A stretch of DNA of 64,000 bases from NCBI GenBank assembly GCA_010093705.1, contig MU006090.1, positions 1,976,022 to 2,040,021 on the forward strand, written 5' to 3'. A program made the position numbers and the translations under genes. The notes beneath the pieces were generated by a model, which had not been told where the DNA came from, made no database searches, and was given only the letters and a program-made list of their open reading frames with translations. Origin of the DNA: Patellaria atrata CBS 101060. Its lineage: Eukaryota. Shown piece after piece: positions 27,647 to 39,587 of this stretch; the stretch's first letter is position 1, and each line of letters begins with the position of its first letter.

Positions 27647-30105
27647 ATGGCGAGTTACGACACGGACCTAGAGTTCGCGATGAAACTCCAGGCCGAAGAG
27701 AATGCTGGAATTAGGCAGGATTCTGCTGAGAGTTCTTGCGCTTACGGTTCTTCCTCCAGTCAGAGAAATCTTTCCGCGGATGAAGAGCTCGCTCGCCAAC
27801 TCCAAGAGGAGTTCGACCGCATGGAGATTGATGAACCCCAAGATACAATCATGAAGTCTGATAAGAAACCTTCCGTCGCCCATGATAATGACGATGAAAT
27901 ATTTGCGATGGAGCTCCAGCAAGAGTTTGACACCCCCCTTTCTTCAAATTCCAAGGGCAAGCAGGTTGCACATCCTCACTATCTCTCAAATAAGGAGGTC
28001 GGCTCTGAACTCAGTTCCCGGGCTCTACACCATGCGTTATCCAAATATATACGTACTGGCTGTTGGCGCTGTGGCCACAAGATTCTCGCTACAATGGATG
28101 CTGTTTCACGGCTGTTTGAGACGTGGATGAGATATAATGGTAAGCCATCGTAGTCTTCTATCCGTCTCCCTTTTTCTAATCTGTCGCAGGCATAGCCAGT
28201 TCTTCAATCCTATGTAGCGGATGTGCCGGCAACACTTGTTGGGGATGCGGCCAGCAAATTGATCAGAACCTTAGTCTTCTCGACCTCGGCGCCACTAAGC
28301 TGGGGTGGTGTTGCGACGATGGCCGTCTGTTCGTAATCTGGGTATTACTATCTGGATATGATCACAAACGATCGTGTGATAGGCACCGCGACGCCCTTGC
28401 TGCTTCTGCCTCTCAGCACCCAGCTAGGATGCCGCAAGGTGCTGGGCAAGGAACTAGACCCAGTGGCACCAGCTATAGTGGTGGCGGGTCTCCCTTCCTC
28501 TTCAACCCGGGGCATCCCTATTTCGCCGCAGGTCCTCCCTCGTTTTCCACTGGTCTTTCCCCTTTCCCCGCTACTTATACTTCCTATGCTTATCCTCCTC
28601 TCCATGGTTCCCCTTTCGCCCCTATTCAAACAGGTACTGGGTACGGAGTCCGCACCTCTCAGGTTGATGCCTTCCATAACGAAAATGCTGATCGCGCTGC
28701 TAAGTCCGGTGCTGAGGAGGATAAAATCGTCTCCCAGATCCTTATTCTCCTCGCAGTCCTCTTACCAAATATCGAAAATCAAGCGCATTTCGATCAAATC
28801 CCGCCGGAAGTCCTTGTACCCATGTTAAGAAAATCATCGTTCTTGGACAGAGTTGCAGAGCTCCTCGTGAATGATGCTCTGGAGGATATAACGAGTCGCT
28901 CTAGATTGTATCGGAACGTTTTAAGTTTCGTCCAGGTCCTTGGAAACCATTACGCTACCTTGGAACCAACCATCTTCCGCGAGAGGGACGACAAGGAAAT
29001 AGGAGAGAACCTATTGAACTTCTCTTTTGCGAAAACAATTCCACCTGAGAAAAGGAGGGAGCAATCGAAGGCCATCGCTACATGCTTAAAAAATCTATGC
29101 GTCCAGAGCTCCTTATACTTGCGAACTGTTCAACAGGTCACCGGTGACGTCGATACACAGAACACCTTATCTATTTGCAAAGAGATTATTGGGCTCGCCA
29201 CACACCTACTTGTCAACTCAGAGAAAGCTCTTGGAAAGAGCAACGACACTCTCTCCTGGTCAGACTGGCAAAAGGATAATGGCTTTACCGACGCTCCCGA
29301 CAGGGCCATTCTTGAACAGCACCATTACGCCCGTGACGCCAAAAAGCTCCAGGGGGCGCATAAAAACCGTATGAGACAATTGACTCTCGAATTAACGCGT
29401 CTCAAGACAGGTCTCCCTCCGGGAATCTTCGTGCGGCATGGCGTGTCGCGTATTGACGTGATGAAAGTTCTCATAATCGGACCCAAAGACACGCCCTACG
29501 AAGGCGGTCTTTTTGAATTCGATCTCTTCTGCGATGATAAATATCCCTTTGAGCCGCCTAAAATGAACTTCAAGACCACAGGCGGCGGTCTGTTATCCTT
29601 CAACCCGAATCTTTACCCCAGCGGTAAAGTTTGTCTCTCACTCCTCGGAACATGGGCCGGGGAGCAGTGGCGTCCTGGTCAATCGACCATTCTGCAGGTC
29701 CTCGTATCTCTTCAAGCGATGGTGTTTTGCGATGAGCCGTACTGCAATGAACCCGGTAGGGATCACCTCCAGGGAACGGAAGCATCTAAGGCAGCAAACA
29801 AGAAGTACCAGGCTATGACTATCAAGCATGCTATGATCGACTGGCTTCGTGAAGGCTATGATCCTTTATGGGGTGATATTGTTCGAGAGCACTTCCTGCG
29901 CAATGGTGATCAGATTGCGCAGACGATAGGAATATGGGCGAGTGATAGGACCACCTATCCCGGAGGACAGCGGTTTACTACACATGGCACGCGTCGGGAG
30001 CGTCCTGTGAGTTCCAGTTCTCTGCTTAAATTGAAAGGTGTGTTTCAAACGGAGTTGGCTGCGTTCAAGAACAAGTTGAAGCACCTCGGCCGGGAGACCA
30101 TATGA
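27647..30105 (+). CDS. Large ubiquitin-conjugating (E2) enzyme with a BIRC6/UBE2Z-type UBC domain and N-terminal ubiquitin-binding-like motifs
   Basis: Exons 27647-28139 and 28190-30105. UBC domain IGPKDTPYEGGLFEFD...FNPNLYPSGKVCLSLLGTW with the catalytic Cys present. Three DxxxAxxLQxE helices and a Cys cluster in the N-terminal part. Confidence 0.88.
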
Positions 30106-32461
30106 GTATCCATCTTCCCCAACCTGCGTTCTCAGCAGGCCACATCTGCTCTCCAATATCTGTATGTTTATCTTGCTGTGACTCGAAATGTCAGAAAGCG
30201 CTATTCCGTGATATCTTCGATGAAGACGTCTGGTGCGCAAGACAAAATTCCTTGGACGATAAGTGCTGGCTGGGTATATGAGATAGCAATGATCACATTC
30301 TCTATTAGCGTTTGCACCCAACGATGCTTTGGACGTAGAGACCTTGCATCAGTCCACCTTGATGGACAAAACTATTGTGACTATCATGCAAGCTTCAGAA
30401 ACACCAACGACCTATCGAACACTTTCCACCCACACGTATCATAGAAACAAGCAATCGTAAACGGGATTCGACGCCTACGTCGTAGTATTTCAAGGTAATC
30501 CCATGCTTGCTGCATTGTAGTCTTACCTTACTTCCCCAAACCTCATCTCTCAACCCCAAAATTCTTGCTAAGAAAGGAATTATTTACACAATACAGAGAT
30601 CAGACTAGCCATAGAACAAGGAGTAATAGGGCATCCCGTCTGTTCTGCCACGAAGGGTCCTGTACACACCGCAGCAAATTGATCAAAGTTATGATTCTGC
30701 GTTCTCTTTTAAGCTTCTATAACCTTATACGCCACGTGCGAGCACAGAATAGTCCCAGTAATCGTAAAACTCATAACAGTCAACAAATAGCGGGAGGTAC
30801 TTAGTCTCCCATTCCGACCCAATTTTTGAAGTCCATCGGGCCTTGCAGTACTCCCAATAACCCGGATACCATCCAGATCGATGCCAGTCTATGACTGGGA
30901 TGATCTAAGGGTTCAGACCACGGGATATGAGAATATTGCTCGGATGTAAGTCAGCATGCATGAATACGATTGGAACCCCGTCCGGTAAAAAGGAGCGGTA
31001 TGGATGGGGTGATCGTTCCCCTTTATAATAGGCATAGGGGCCATAAGCAGTGGAAAACTAGTCGTGGAATTCGGACGTGCTTTTGAAGGGACATCCCGTT
31101 GGAGAACAACTGTTCGTGAAGATGGCATCTAATAGCGGCTGCCGACCCACATGCCCTACGTATTGCATTAGAGAGCAAGATATTAAGAGTTATTATACCT
31201 GACTAAGCACTCAGTCGGATATATATGCCTGTCCTCGTCCAGTCTCTTCTAGAGCAGACACTGCAATTCTACATCTCACTTTCCGTGCCCTTACCACCTA
31301 ACAAGAGTATATGGGATTATGGGTGATTCATAATGGGATTCGTCCGATATAAAAGAGAAATGGCTGACGAATGGACCTAAGTAACCGTGTTCTTACTAAT
31401 AAAAGGTTGTGAGAAATGCTGTTTGAGCGAGCGCCATGCGCTAATTATTTGACGTAGTTGTCCGTACGACGTCTTTCTCTCTTCCTCAGCCCAGGTTCTC
31501 CCAACCTGTCTCGAGTGTAATTCCTTCCATGAGTTCCATATATATAAATGTTTGTTTACCGTCTTTGCACCATCCATAAACCTCAGGAACAGGTACCCGC
31601 CCAGAGAATTGTCTATGGACAAGATAGAGACATTGACCCTCAGCTAGAGTGATTCCGGTTCCTTATTTTACTAATAGACCCAATGGCTTGAAAATCACTG
31701 GTGGCGGCCGTGTGATGAGCTGAGAACACGGCGAAGTTGACTGGCTTACCACCTGTCTCACCTCTGCTGGAGATAGCAACTCGAGCGGCGCACTGGGTCG
31801 TTTGAAAAAAGATGACTCGCAAAAGGTGACATTTTCATTACAGGGGAATGGGTGTTCAAGGTTCCCGGCCATAGGTATAGGTCCTATGCGAAAGTCATAT
31901 TAAGGTAAACGGGGGAACTGGATTAAGTGCAGGCGGCGGGATAGTGCGAGCTCATGTGACAAACTCTACCTTAGGTAACGTTTGTAACCGTGTTGAGCTA
32001 CGTATACTCTTTTGCTGCGGCTTTCTCTTTTATGGAAGGATGGTTAGCTGATGGTTTGACGCCGAGGTGTACCCGTAACAACCAGTAGTCTACAGAATCA
32101 GCTTATACGAGAGCGATCAAATGAATGTTTATGTCGGGTGGAGTTAAGTGACGGACGAGAGTAGACGAAAGGTGGTAGAGGGACAGAGGAGGAGTTCAGG
32201 TAGCCTGGAAACCGTCTACGAGTAATATAACTGCTGAAGGAATAAGACCAAACAATCGAACTAGGTGGGTAAGATACTGTGAAGCTAGAAAAGCACCGGA
32301 GAAAGTCAAGTTTAGAAATATCACATTGAGTTTTCTACCTTACTACCAAAGGATGAGCGCCAAGGTTCCCATGGATAGGAACTCTCAAACGCCAAAATAG
32401 CCAGACCACCGACAGCAGATGAGCCACCATGTCTAATCAATCGTGAAAGCTAAATCACAAC

Positions 32462-35221
32462 CTATGCCATCCTAACCTGATCCCCGAACGGTACACCCTC
32501 CACCATACCCTCGTCCATCTCGTCATCATCTTCTAACTCCTCGTCCTCCTCTTCGAATCCTGTCTCCACACCCGCCTCTCTAATTCTCTCCTTCATCTCT
32601 TCTCTCTTCTCGGCCTGCCATCTAGTTAATGCTGCAGCTGCGTGTACCCTGAACCCAAAAACCCTAGGCTCATACCGCCGCTGGCTCTTAGTAGGTATGA
32701 GATTGGGATAGACCTGGAATAAGACATTGTGGAACGAAGAGCCAAAGTACGCGCCGTCAATCGCGGCATGCCGTGAGGACTTCGGGTTATAAAGGTCCTC
32801 GCAGCGAGCGCAGTAGAGTTTTACGGGCGACATGTTGGGGATATCGTGTTGGCCCATGGGGAGGAGAGGTTGTTGGTCGCACATTACGCGGGGGCATTTG
32901 CCAAAGTCTGCCTTTTTATATTTTTCGAGCTGTAAGATGGTCAATATACGCGTCTAGGGTAAAGGACATGGTTTTGTGATATACCATTTTTGCGAGTCCT
33001 CGGGTGGTCACGATGTAGCGAGCGTGTACAAGACCATAGAGATGTCGTGCGGACTTCTCGATTTGCTCTCGCATCTCATCATCGCATTCGAGGTCGAACA
33101 CATCTGTAACAAGATCTAGAGAGTACTGGTAGTAGTTCACTTCGGTTTGTAGCCCCGTCAGGTTGAAGCGGTCGGTTAGGTATTCTTCGTCGATCTCGCA
33201 GAAATATTCGTTGCCGCGTGACGATATAAACTATACATTGAAATCAGCATGCGTATTGGACGTGCAAAACTGGAACATAAAAATCAAATGAGAAATGTCA
33301 GGTTGAAGGTGCTTTTCCAACAGTTTAATAAATGAGAAGCTTCATCAAAAAGCCGAGAAGTGATTTGGGATAAGCAGATTTCCGCCGTATAGTTGGGATC
33401 CGGACAAACCAGCAGAGAATAGGTTTCGCAAGTGATCGTCGTTATCTTTGAGAATAGTCCCATAGGGGGTATATCAAAATCAAGCTCCAGATTTTCGAAT
33501 CCAATCACACCATGTCCGCGGTGCTTGGGGATTATTTGGAGTGTCCGTATCGGGATTTCCCTAACGATTACAAGGCCGACTGAACAAGGATAAGGACCTA
33601 CTGGAAACATGGACGGAACATCCGCAGACTCATTCTCATCCCAATCCGAAGAATCATCAAGATCATCAGTCCCACCAGAGGTGCTCGAGTCCGGCGCCCC
33701 GCGACACTGCGTAATTCCGTCGAGGTTCGGGATCTCGCCTTTTATCCGTGGAATTCGAGACACATCCGTATGGTCGCTTCCGTAGGAGTAGTAGTTTTCG
33801 GACAAATTCCAGTCCTCAATGTCGGCGTCTTCAGAGATAGCTAAAGACGACTCAGTATCGCTGTCGCTCGGGCTATCGCTCGGGCTATCACTCGGACTAG
33901 AGGCGCTTGGCGGAGGGTTGATTGTATTAAAAGACTGTTCAGAAGACTCATCGTGCTCGGGATTCTGGGAATACTCAGGACTCTTAGAATACTCAGGGCT
34001 CTTGAAATATTCAGGACGCTTGGATAGTTCAGGATTCCCAGATTGATTAACACTCTTAGATCGTTTAAGACCCTCGGGTTGACTAGGACTCTTGGATTGT
34101 TCAACTCTCCTGCGTTTTTGAGTGGTCTCTGATTGCTGAGAGATTTCCTCTTGCTCTGGAGTCTGAAACCGCTCTGCAGTCTCGGGTTTTTGGGGAGTCT
34201 CTAGGACCTGACCTGGAGTCAATGGTTGTCCTGGGCTCGAATAGCGCGCTATATTGTCGTATTGCAAAGGGATCACCGCCCCTCCCGGAGTATCTTCAAA
34301 TTGCCCTGGAGTCGGCGGATAGTCTGGAGTCCTAAGCCCATGTCGGTACCTCTCGTGTTGCTCTGGAGTCACAGGTCGCTGAGACTGCTGCGTTTGTGCC
34401 TCATCTCCGATCTGGTCAATGTCCATTTCAACCCCCTCTTTGTGGTTTGTAGGAACGAGAATATGCATAGATGAATGGAAAATGATATTAGGTCTTCCGA
34501 CATCCACAAGAAATATCTCCCTCCACGTTTGCTCACGATAGGGACCAGTCTGAGCTTGACGGTTGACCGGCTGAAGAACGCCGCTGTTCCTCGCCTGCAT
34601 ATCGCGGTTGTCTGATAGGTCTTTGACTCGCAGATTCAAGGTTGACACTCGCGTGCTAAGTACTCTTACTGTGCCGGTCAAACCTGGTCGTCCTAGGGAA
34701 TGAACGGGAGAAGAGTTGGGCGTGCCAAATCGACGACGTAGGGATTTGAAGAAGTTATATGGACCCCCTGCAGCAGCAGTAGGTGGAGAAGGCGGCCTAC
34801 TCCCAAGGTCATCGCCATTACTTACCTCTTCCAAGTCTATTTCGGCTGATCCAGCTCTCGCGACAAGTGACGAATCCGTTAAAAGGGCCCCAGACATAAT
34901 ATTCGATTCACCAGGGCCCACATTTTCTTGCCCTTCCATCGAAACAAGAATACGTGGCCAGAAAATGTTAAGAAGCCGTCCGAATGCAAGTCAAAGAATG
35001 TGAGTTTGGGAGGCAGTTAAACATGAAGAACTAAATCTCTGGTTCGTAGACGAAGGCACCTTCTGCCTCAGGTGTCCCTTTGGAATACAAACATAGCGAA
35101 TGTACAGAATAGGAAAGAGCTAACTCGAACAGAACGAATAAGAAGTATATTGAAATGCGCCTACCCAGTCTCGCCAGTAACTTGTATAATCACTGTCCGT
35201 CTCACTGTTGAAATCGTCCAT
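32462..35221 (-). CDS. CKB2: Casein kinase II regulatory (beta) subunit
   Basis: Exons 35221-35165 (MDDFNSETDSDYTSYWRDW), 33230-32985 (FISSRGNEYFCEIDEEY...LYGLVHARYIVTTRGLAKM) and 32929-32462 (FGKCPRVMC...KLYCARC...IDGAYFG). Intron 1 is 1934 nt (GTAGGC..GCTGAT..TAG). The CK2 beta family is certain; the paralogue name CKB2 rather than CKB1 is less so. Confidence 0.93.
33284..34939 (-). CDS. Orphan 551-aa ORF nested in intron 1 of the CK2 beta gene, same strand
   Basis: ATG-initiated, stop-free 1656-nt frame lying wholly inside intron 35164-33231. Ser/Pro/acidic low-complexity centre with frame-preserving repeats, and a more hydrophobic C-terminal ~110 aa. No family recognised. Confidence 0.6.
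   Translation of the reverse strand: MEGQENVGPGESNIMSGALLTDSSLVARAGSAEIDLEEVSNGDDLGSRPPSPPTAAAGGPYNFFKSLRRRFGTPNSSPVHSLGRPGLTGTVRVLSTRVSTLNLRVKDLSDNRDMQARNSGVLQPVNRQAQTGPYREQTWREIFLVDVGRPNIIFHSSMHILVPTNHKEGVEMDIDQIGDEAQTQQSQRPVTPEQHERYRHGLRTPDYPPTPGQFEDTPGGAVIPLQYDNIARYSSPGQPLTPGQVLETPQKPETAERFQTPEQEEISQQSETTQKRRRVEQSKSPSQPEGLKRSKSVNQSGNPELSKRPEYFKSPEYSKSPEYSQNPEHDESSEQSFNTINPPPSASSPSDSPSDSPSDSDTESSLAISEDADIEDWNLSENYYSYGSDHTDVSRIPRIKGEIPNLDGITQCRGAPDSSTSGGTDDLDDSSDWDENESADVPSMFPVGPYPCSVGLVIVREIPIRTLQIIPKHRGHGVIGFENLELDFDIPPMGLFSKITTITCETYSLLVCPDPNYTAEICLSQITSRLFDEASHLLNCWKSTFNLTFLI
33867..34040. repeat. Short tandem repeats within the nested ORF (12-nt and 18-nt units)
   Basis: CTCGGGCTATCG-like 12-mers encode SPSD x3; ...AATACTCAGG... 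18-mers encode PELSKR/PEYFKS/PEYSKS/PEYSQN. Confidence 0.8.
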
Positions 35222-35712
35222 AATCTCGATAGTCGCCAGCTTGAAGATTGGAAAAGAAGGGAACTTGTTAGAAGTTTGTAAGACTCGTGTTAAATGAAAG
35301 ACAGGGTACTGATCGCTGTATATTGTGTAAGCCTTGGCGCAGTTGATGGTGGGCATGAACTTGGAGTGGGAGGTGTGAAGTTGGATGAGTTCTTGGACTC
35401 CGGTGACCCGCTCGGCAGTTTGCGCACTTTTATAGATAGAACTATCGCCACTGCATACATGTTTAGAAGGAGATATTATCCCCTATTTTATCATGGGTTC
35501 GTAATCTTCCCGTTCATGTTCACTTTTCGTACACATAATACGGACTATAATTTGACTATTGAAAGATTCTCATAGTCTGGACGATATAATCTTAAGTACA
35601 GTACCGTTGGGGACAATGGGTACGTACCCGGTGTTACTATATGGCCGAGTGGGGAAACCCCTTTTAGATGAGTGTACAGTAGTCGTAGAATATCTTGTAA
35701 GTCATAGAACAA

Positions 35713-38092
35713 TCATTGACCCTCAGTCAATATCCTCGTCCAGTCAAACTTCCGCCATCGCTTTTTAAACCCCTCTACCCTTCTATCGCCACCCCTTTCC
35801 CATCGACCCTGCCGCTTGATGACTTCTGGACCGACATCCAGAATACCTCCAATGATATCTCGTGCGAATAGATCACCCTTAGGCCATCGATTGCTGTCTT
35901 CCACTATATGTCCCAGACCGCCGTCAAGCTCAAACCAAACCTGAAGTGTAATCAGTTGCGGCAGATTGAAATGATACAGAGAAAAGCTTACGTGAAAATA
36001 AGGCATCTCCTTCGCGATGGTCCTACGGAAAGCTAGTTTTCCGAGACCCTCGCGCGACTTCTTCAGCGTATCAATAAGCTTCTTATGCTGTGTCCACTCT
36101 TCATCGGCTGCTAGAATAGCCTCCTTGAAGAAGGCAGGGATCGTCTCTCCCACCCTATAAGGTAAAGGGACAACCATCATTGCCGCATGTCGTTTCCGGT
36201 GTGGTGTAGCTGCATTTTCATAGAAGATGACGTCCCTGCCTTGGTCGTGATACATGCGGGTTAAGGACTTCATGAAGTTCTGTCTCGTAGTCAGCAAACA
36301 TATTTCACTACATTATTGAAGATACCTACCCTGATTTCCTCCCACTCATCATCGTCACACTCCAGAAGATTTGTCCGATGCTGTATGGGGATTATGCATG
36401 CGCCACCCTCACTAACCTCAGGATGCGTGGGCAGTGTAAGGTATGTTCGTGTAGCAAGTGAAATAACTGGTGCAACAGGAGGTTTGTCGGTATCCTCGTG
36501 AAAGCAAAGGGGACACGAATCGAGGATTCGGGTCATCTTTTGGACTTCACTTATCGCCGTGTTCCGTAGATTGATCTCAGACTTCTGTATGCGCTTCGCC
36601 AACTTATTGGCATTTTCATCCATATAGTCCAAGTCGTTCTGCCGAATTTGGTTAGAATAGAATAACGCGAAGAATCAATGGGTAGCCTTACGTCGAACTT
36701 TGCGTCCTTCGCAATCCTCTCAGCGAAGGCTCTTCCATCGCCACCAGGTACACCCCTAGTACGCTTTTCTTGCCTAACCATATCTTCAATGCTCATATCT
36801 TCATTCTCCTCAACAAGACCCCTTTCACGTCCGCGTTTATTATCGATAGTTTTCACTTCGGCTTTCCTGTCAGTGAGCATGCGGCTGTCCATTGCACCCA
36901 GGAAAACCATTTCTGGATCTTTGCGGTTAATAAAACTTGCCATAGCTGCGTTATACTCTGCTTCGAGCTCGGCGGCTTTAGGGTCCTTCTTCATTTTCGC
37001 CTTCAACACTTGAGCCGCCATCTTATTCATTGTGTTTTGATCGAGAAGAACGGTTCGTGCAGCAGGGGACTTTTCTCGCATAATCTCTCCCTGAGGAAGA
37101 GGCTCATCTTGTCGTTCGTCTTCGCTCCGCCTCCTTGGTCTCCTCTTCTCCTCCTCGGCCAACCTTTCCTGGTATAATTCCCCGCTGGGCCTTATCTTAC
37201 CCACATAATCCTTCCCGTACATTTGCCGTCGATCGAGCTCAACCTCTTCTTCTCTTGCATCGTCAAACAAGCGGAGATCCCCGTACTGCTTCTCAGCAAT
37301 TTCTTCAACAGGTCTATCATTCGCTTTCGCCATCCTATAGACGTTTTTGAGTTTTGTCATACGCCATTGTGATCCAGGATCTCCAAATTCATAGTTGACA
37401 ATATGTTCTTTCTCTACATTACAGTTATTCTTGTCATCTCCCTCTTCCTTCAGGTCCCGAAGGTGATGGTTGATCTCATTCTTGTGAATTTTCCTTTCAA
37501 AAGCATCCTGTGCATCGCCAAGACCGCGAGATTCTGATTTCTTTTCACGCTGTACGTAATCGACATCAAGAGCGGAGGGTGCTTCCATCCATAGGTCGCG
37601 CTTGAGATCTGCTTCCTGCGCATCCTGTATACGCTTGTCCAGGATCTCTTCTCCCGGCGGTGCAATCTCCGTCCCTTTTTCTATATATGCATCCTCTTCA
37701 GGATCGGGTGATCTTGTTTTACTTCTATCCTTCTTGTGTTTCCTCTTGCGCTCGGGGTTATCGTCGTCTACCTCGCGTCTCGAACGCTTGTGCCGATGAC
37801 GGGATTCCCGAGCTTCGTCATTGTGCTTAGAACTATGATGTCTTGATGAATGACCGGACCTATGGTGATGCCTGTGCTTATCCTCGTCCTGGAGTTGAAT
37901 GCATTAGCCGGATCCTGCAAAATGCAGATTGCTTAATAGAATAGACGGTAGGAAAAGCTGCAAACTTACCTTTGAACGATGATGTCGATATCTATCTCTG
38001 CTATGACTGCGATCACGCTTTGTATGGGACTCCCGATGCGACTCTTTCCCTTTATTCTCCGCCAATTCTTTCTCAAAGTCTTCCAAAGTCAT
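35713..38092 (-). CDS. cwf19: Cwf19/CWF19L2 spliceosome-associated protein (CwfJ C-terminal domains)
   Basis: Exons 38092-37970, 37888-36692, 36638-36330, 36279-35992 and 35940-35713. Motifs GDPGSQWRMTKL, EDMSIEDMVRQEK, LDSCPLC, HRTNLLECDDDEWEEIRNF, MPYFHVWFELDGGLGH and C-terminal WRKFDWT. Confidence 0.92.
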
Positions 38093-38321
38093 AATCGGTA
38101 AAAGATGAGATGTAGTTGAGTTAAGGTCAGGTCTGATCGAGGCCAACGGTTGATCTCCAACCGAGGCCGACAATTATTGACGTCGGCGGTCCCTGTAGGG
38201 CCAGTGGCTAGCTTCCCGGCGGTGGGCTTGGGGACTGACCTCACAAACTTATTTGAACCTCACGCATGAAAAACTACAAAGAGACACACAGCACACGACA
38301 ATACAAGATAGATTATCAACT

Positions 38322-39587
38322 ATGGCAGAATCTCGTAAACCACCCGTAGCTATCGTCTGTGTCGGTATGGCCGGCAGCGGCAAGACAACCTTTATGCAGC
38401 GCATCAACTCTTACCTCTACTCTACCAAAGAGGCACCTTATGTCATTAACTTAGATCCAGCAGTACGCACAGTGCCATTCGACAGTAATATCGACATCCG
38501 CGACTCTGTCAACTACAAAGAGGTCATGAAGCAATACAATCTCGGGCCAAACGGCGGCATCCTCACCTCACTAAACCTGTTCGCGACGAAAATCGATCAG
38601 ATACTAGAACTACTGGAAAAGCGCACAGGAGTCACAGGCTACGGGTCGAAGCAAGAAGCACCAGCGGAACCAACACCCGAACAAAGGCGCATCCAACACA
38701 TCCTAGTAGATACACCAGGCCAGATCGAAGTCTTCGTGTGGTCTGCAAGCGGAGACATACTTCTCTCATCCCTAGCATCCACGTTTCCTACCGTGATTGC
38801 GTACATCATAGACACACCGCGCACAGCATCCACATCCACGTTCATGAGCAACATGCTTTATGCCTGCAGTATACTCTACAAAACGCGGTTACCCATGATT
38901 CTCGTATTCAATAAAACGGACGTCAGAGACGCAGAATTCGCGAAGGAATGGATGACAGACTTCGAGGCATTCCAGGCCGCGCTGAAGGAAGAGCAAGAGC
39001 AAGGGACTTTTGGTAGCACTGAAGGTAGTGAAGCTGGAGGGTACGCGCAGGGGAGCAGTGGGTACATGGGTAGTCTTCTTAACAGCATGAGCTTGGTGTT
39101 CGAAGAGTTCTACAGACATCTTAGCGTTGTAGGCGTAAGTTCCATGACCGGACAAGGCGTCGAAGACTTTTTCGAAGCTGTTGCCCAGAAAGCGGAGGAG
39201 TTTGAGCGAGACTATAAGCCCGAATTGCAGAATCAACATGCACTACGGGAAAAGGCGAAGCAGGATCGCCGTGACAGGGAACTGGGAAGGATGATGAGCG
39301 ACATGAACATGGAGGGGTCAGGAACCACGAGTAAAAAGTCTAGAACAGGGCGAAAGGAAGATGCTGAAACCATCAGCGACCTAGAAGACGAAGAGGAGAA
39401 TGCGGAGCAAATGGGTGAACCCGCGGAACGAATAGGAGATCCGGACGACTACGATTCAGAGGACATGGACGAAGGTAATGACGACGAGGGGCTCAGTACG
39501 CGGTACAAGCGGGCATTAGAAGACCACAATCCTACTCAAGAAGACCTCAGCTTTGCAAGATATGTACAGAGAGCGAGCATGGGATGA
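38322..39587 (+). CDS. NPA3: GPN-loop GTPase 1 (RNA polymerase II biogenesis), intronless
   Basis: [10 protein letters not shown]-loop, [32 protein letters not shown] and an acidic C-terminal tail. First true ATG at 38322. Confidence 0.96.
   Translation: MAESRKPPVAIVCVGMAGSGKTTFMQRINSYLYSTKEAPYVINLDPAVRTVPFDSNIDIRDSVNYKEVMKQYNLGPNGGILTSLNLFATKIDQILELLEKRTGVTGYGSKQEAPAEPTPEQRRIQHILVDTPGQIEVFVWSASGDILLSSLASTFPTVIAYIIDTPRTASTSTFMSNMLYACSILYKTRLPMILVFNKTDVRDAEFAKEWMTDFEAFQAALKEEQEQGTFGSTEGSEAGGYAQGSSGYMGSLLNSMSLVFEEFYRHLSVVGVSSMTGQGVEDFFEAVAQKAEEFERDYKPELQNQHALREKAKQDRRDRELGRMMSDMNMEGSGTTSKKSRTGRKEDAETISDLEDEEENAEQMGEPAERIGDPDDYDSEDMDEGNDDEGLSTRYKRALEDHNPTQEDLSFARYVQRASMG

Noticed and set aside
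33284..34939. Nested ORF as a homing endonuclease, maturase or transposase
   Set aside because: No LAGLIDADG, GIY-YIG, reverse-transcriptase or DDE motif visible, no terminal repeats noticed, and the host intron has ordinary spliceosomal signals.
35941..35991. Apparent 17-aa insertion in Cwf19 (VSFSLYHFNLPQLITLQ)
   Set aside because: It is a canonical 51-nt GTAAGC..CAG intron that happens to be in frame without a stop.
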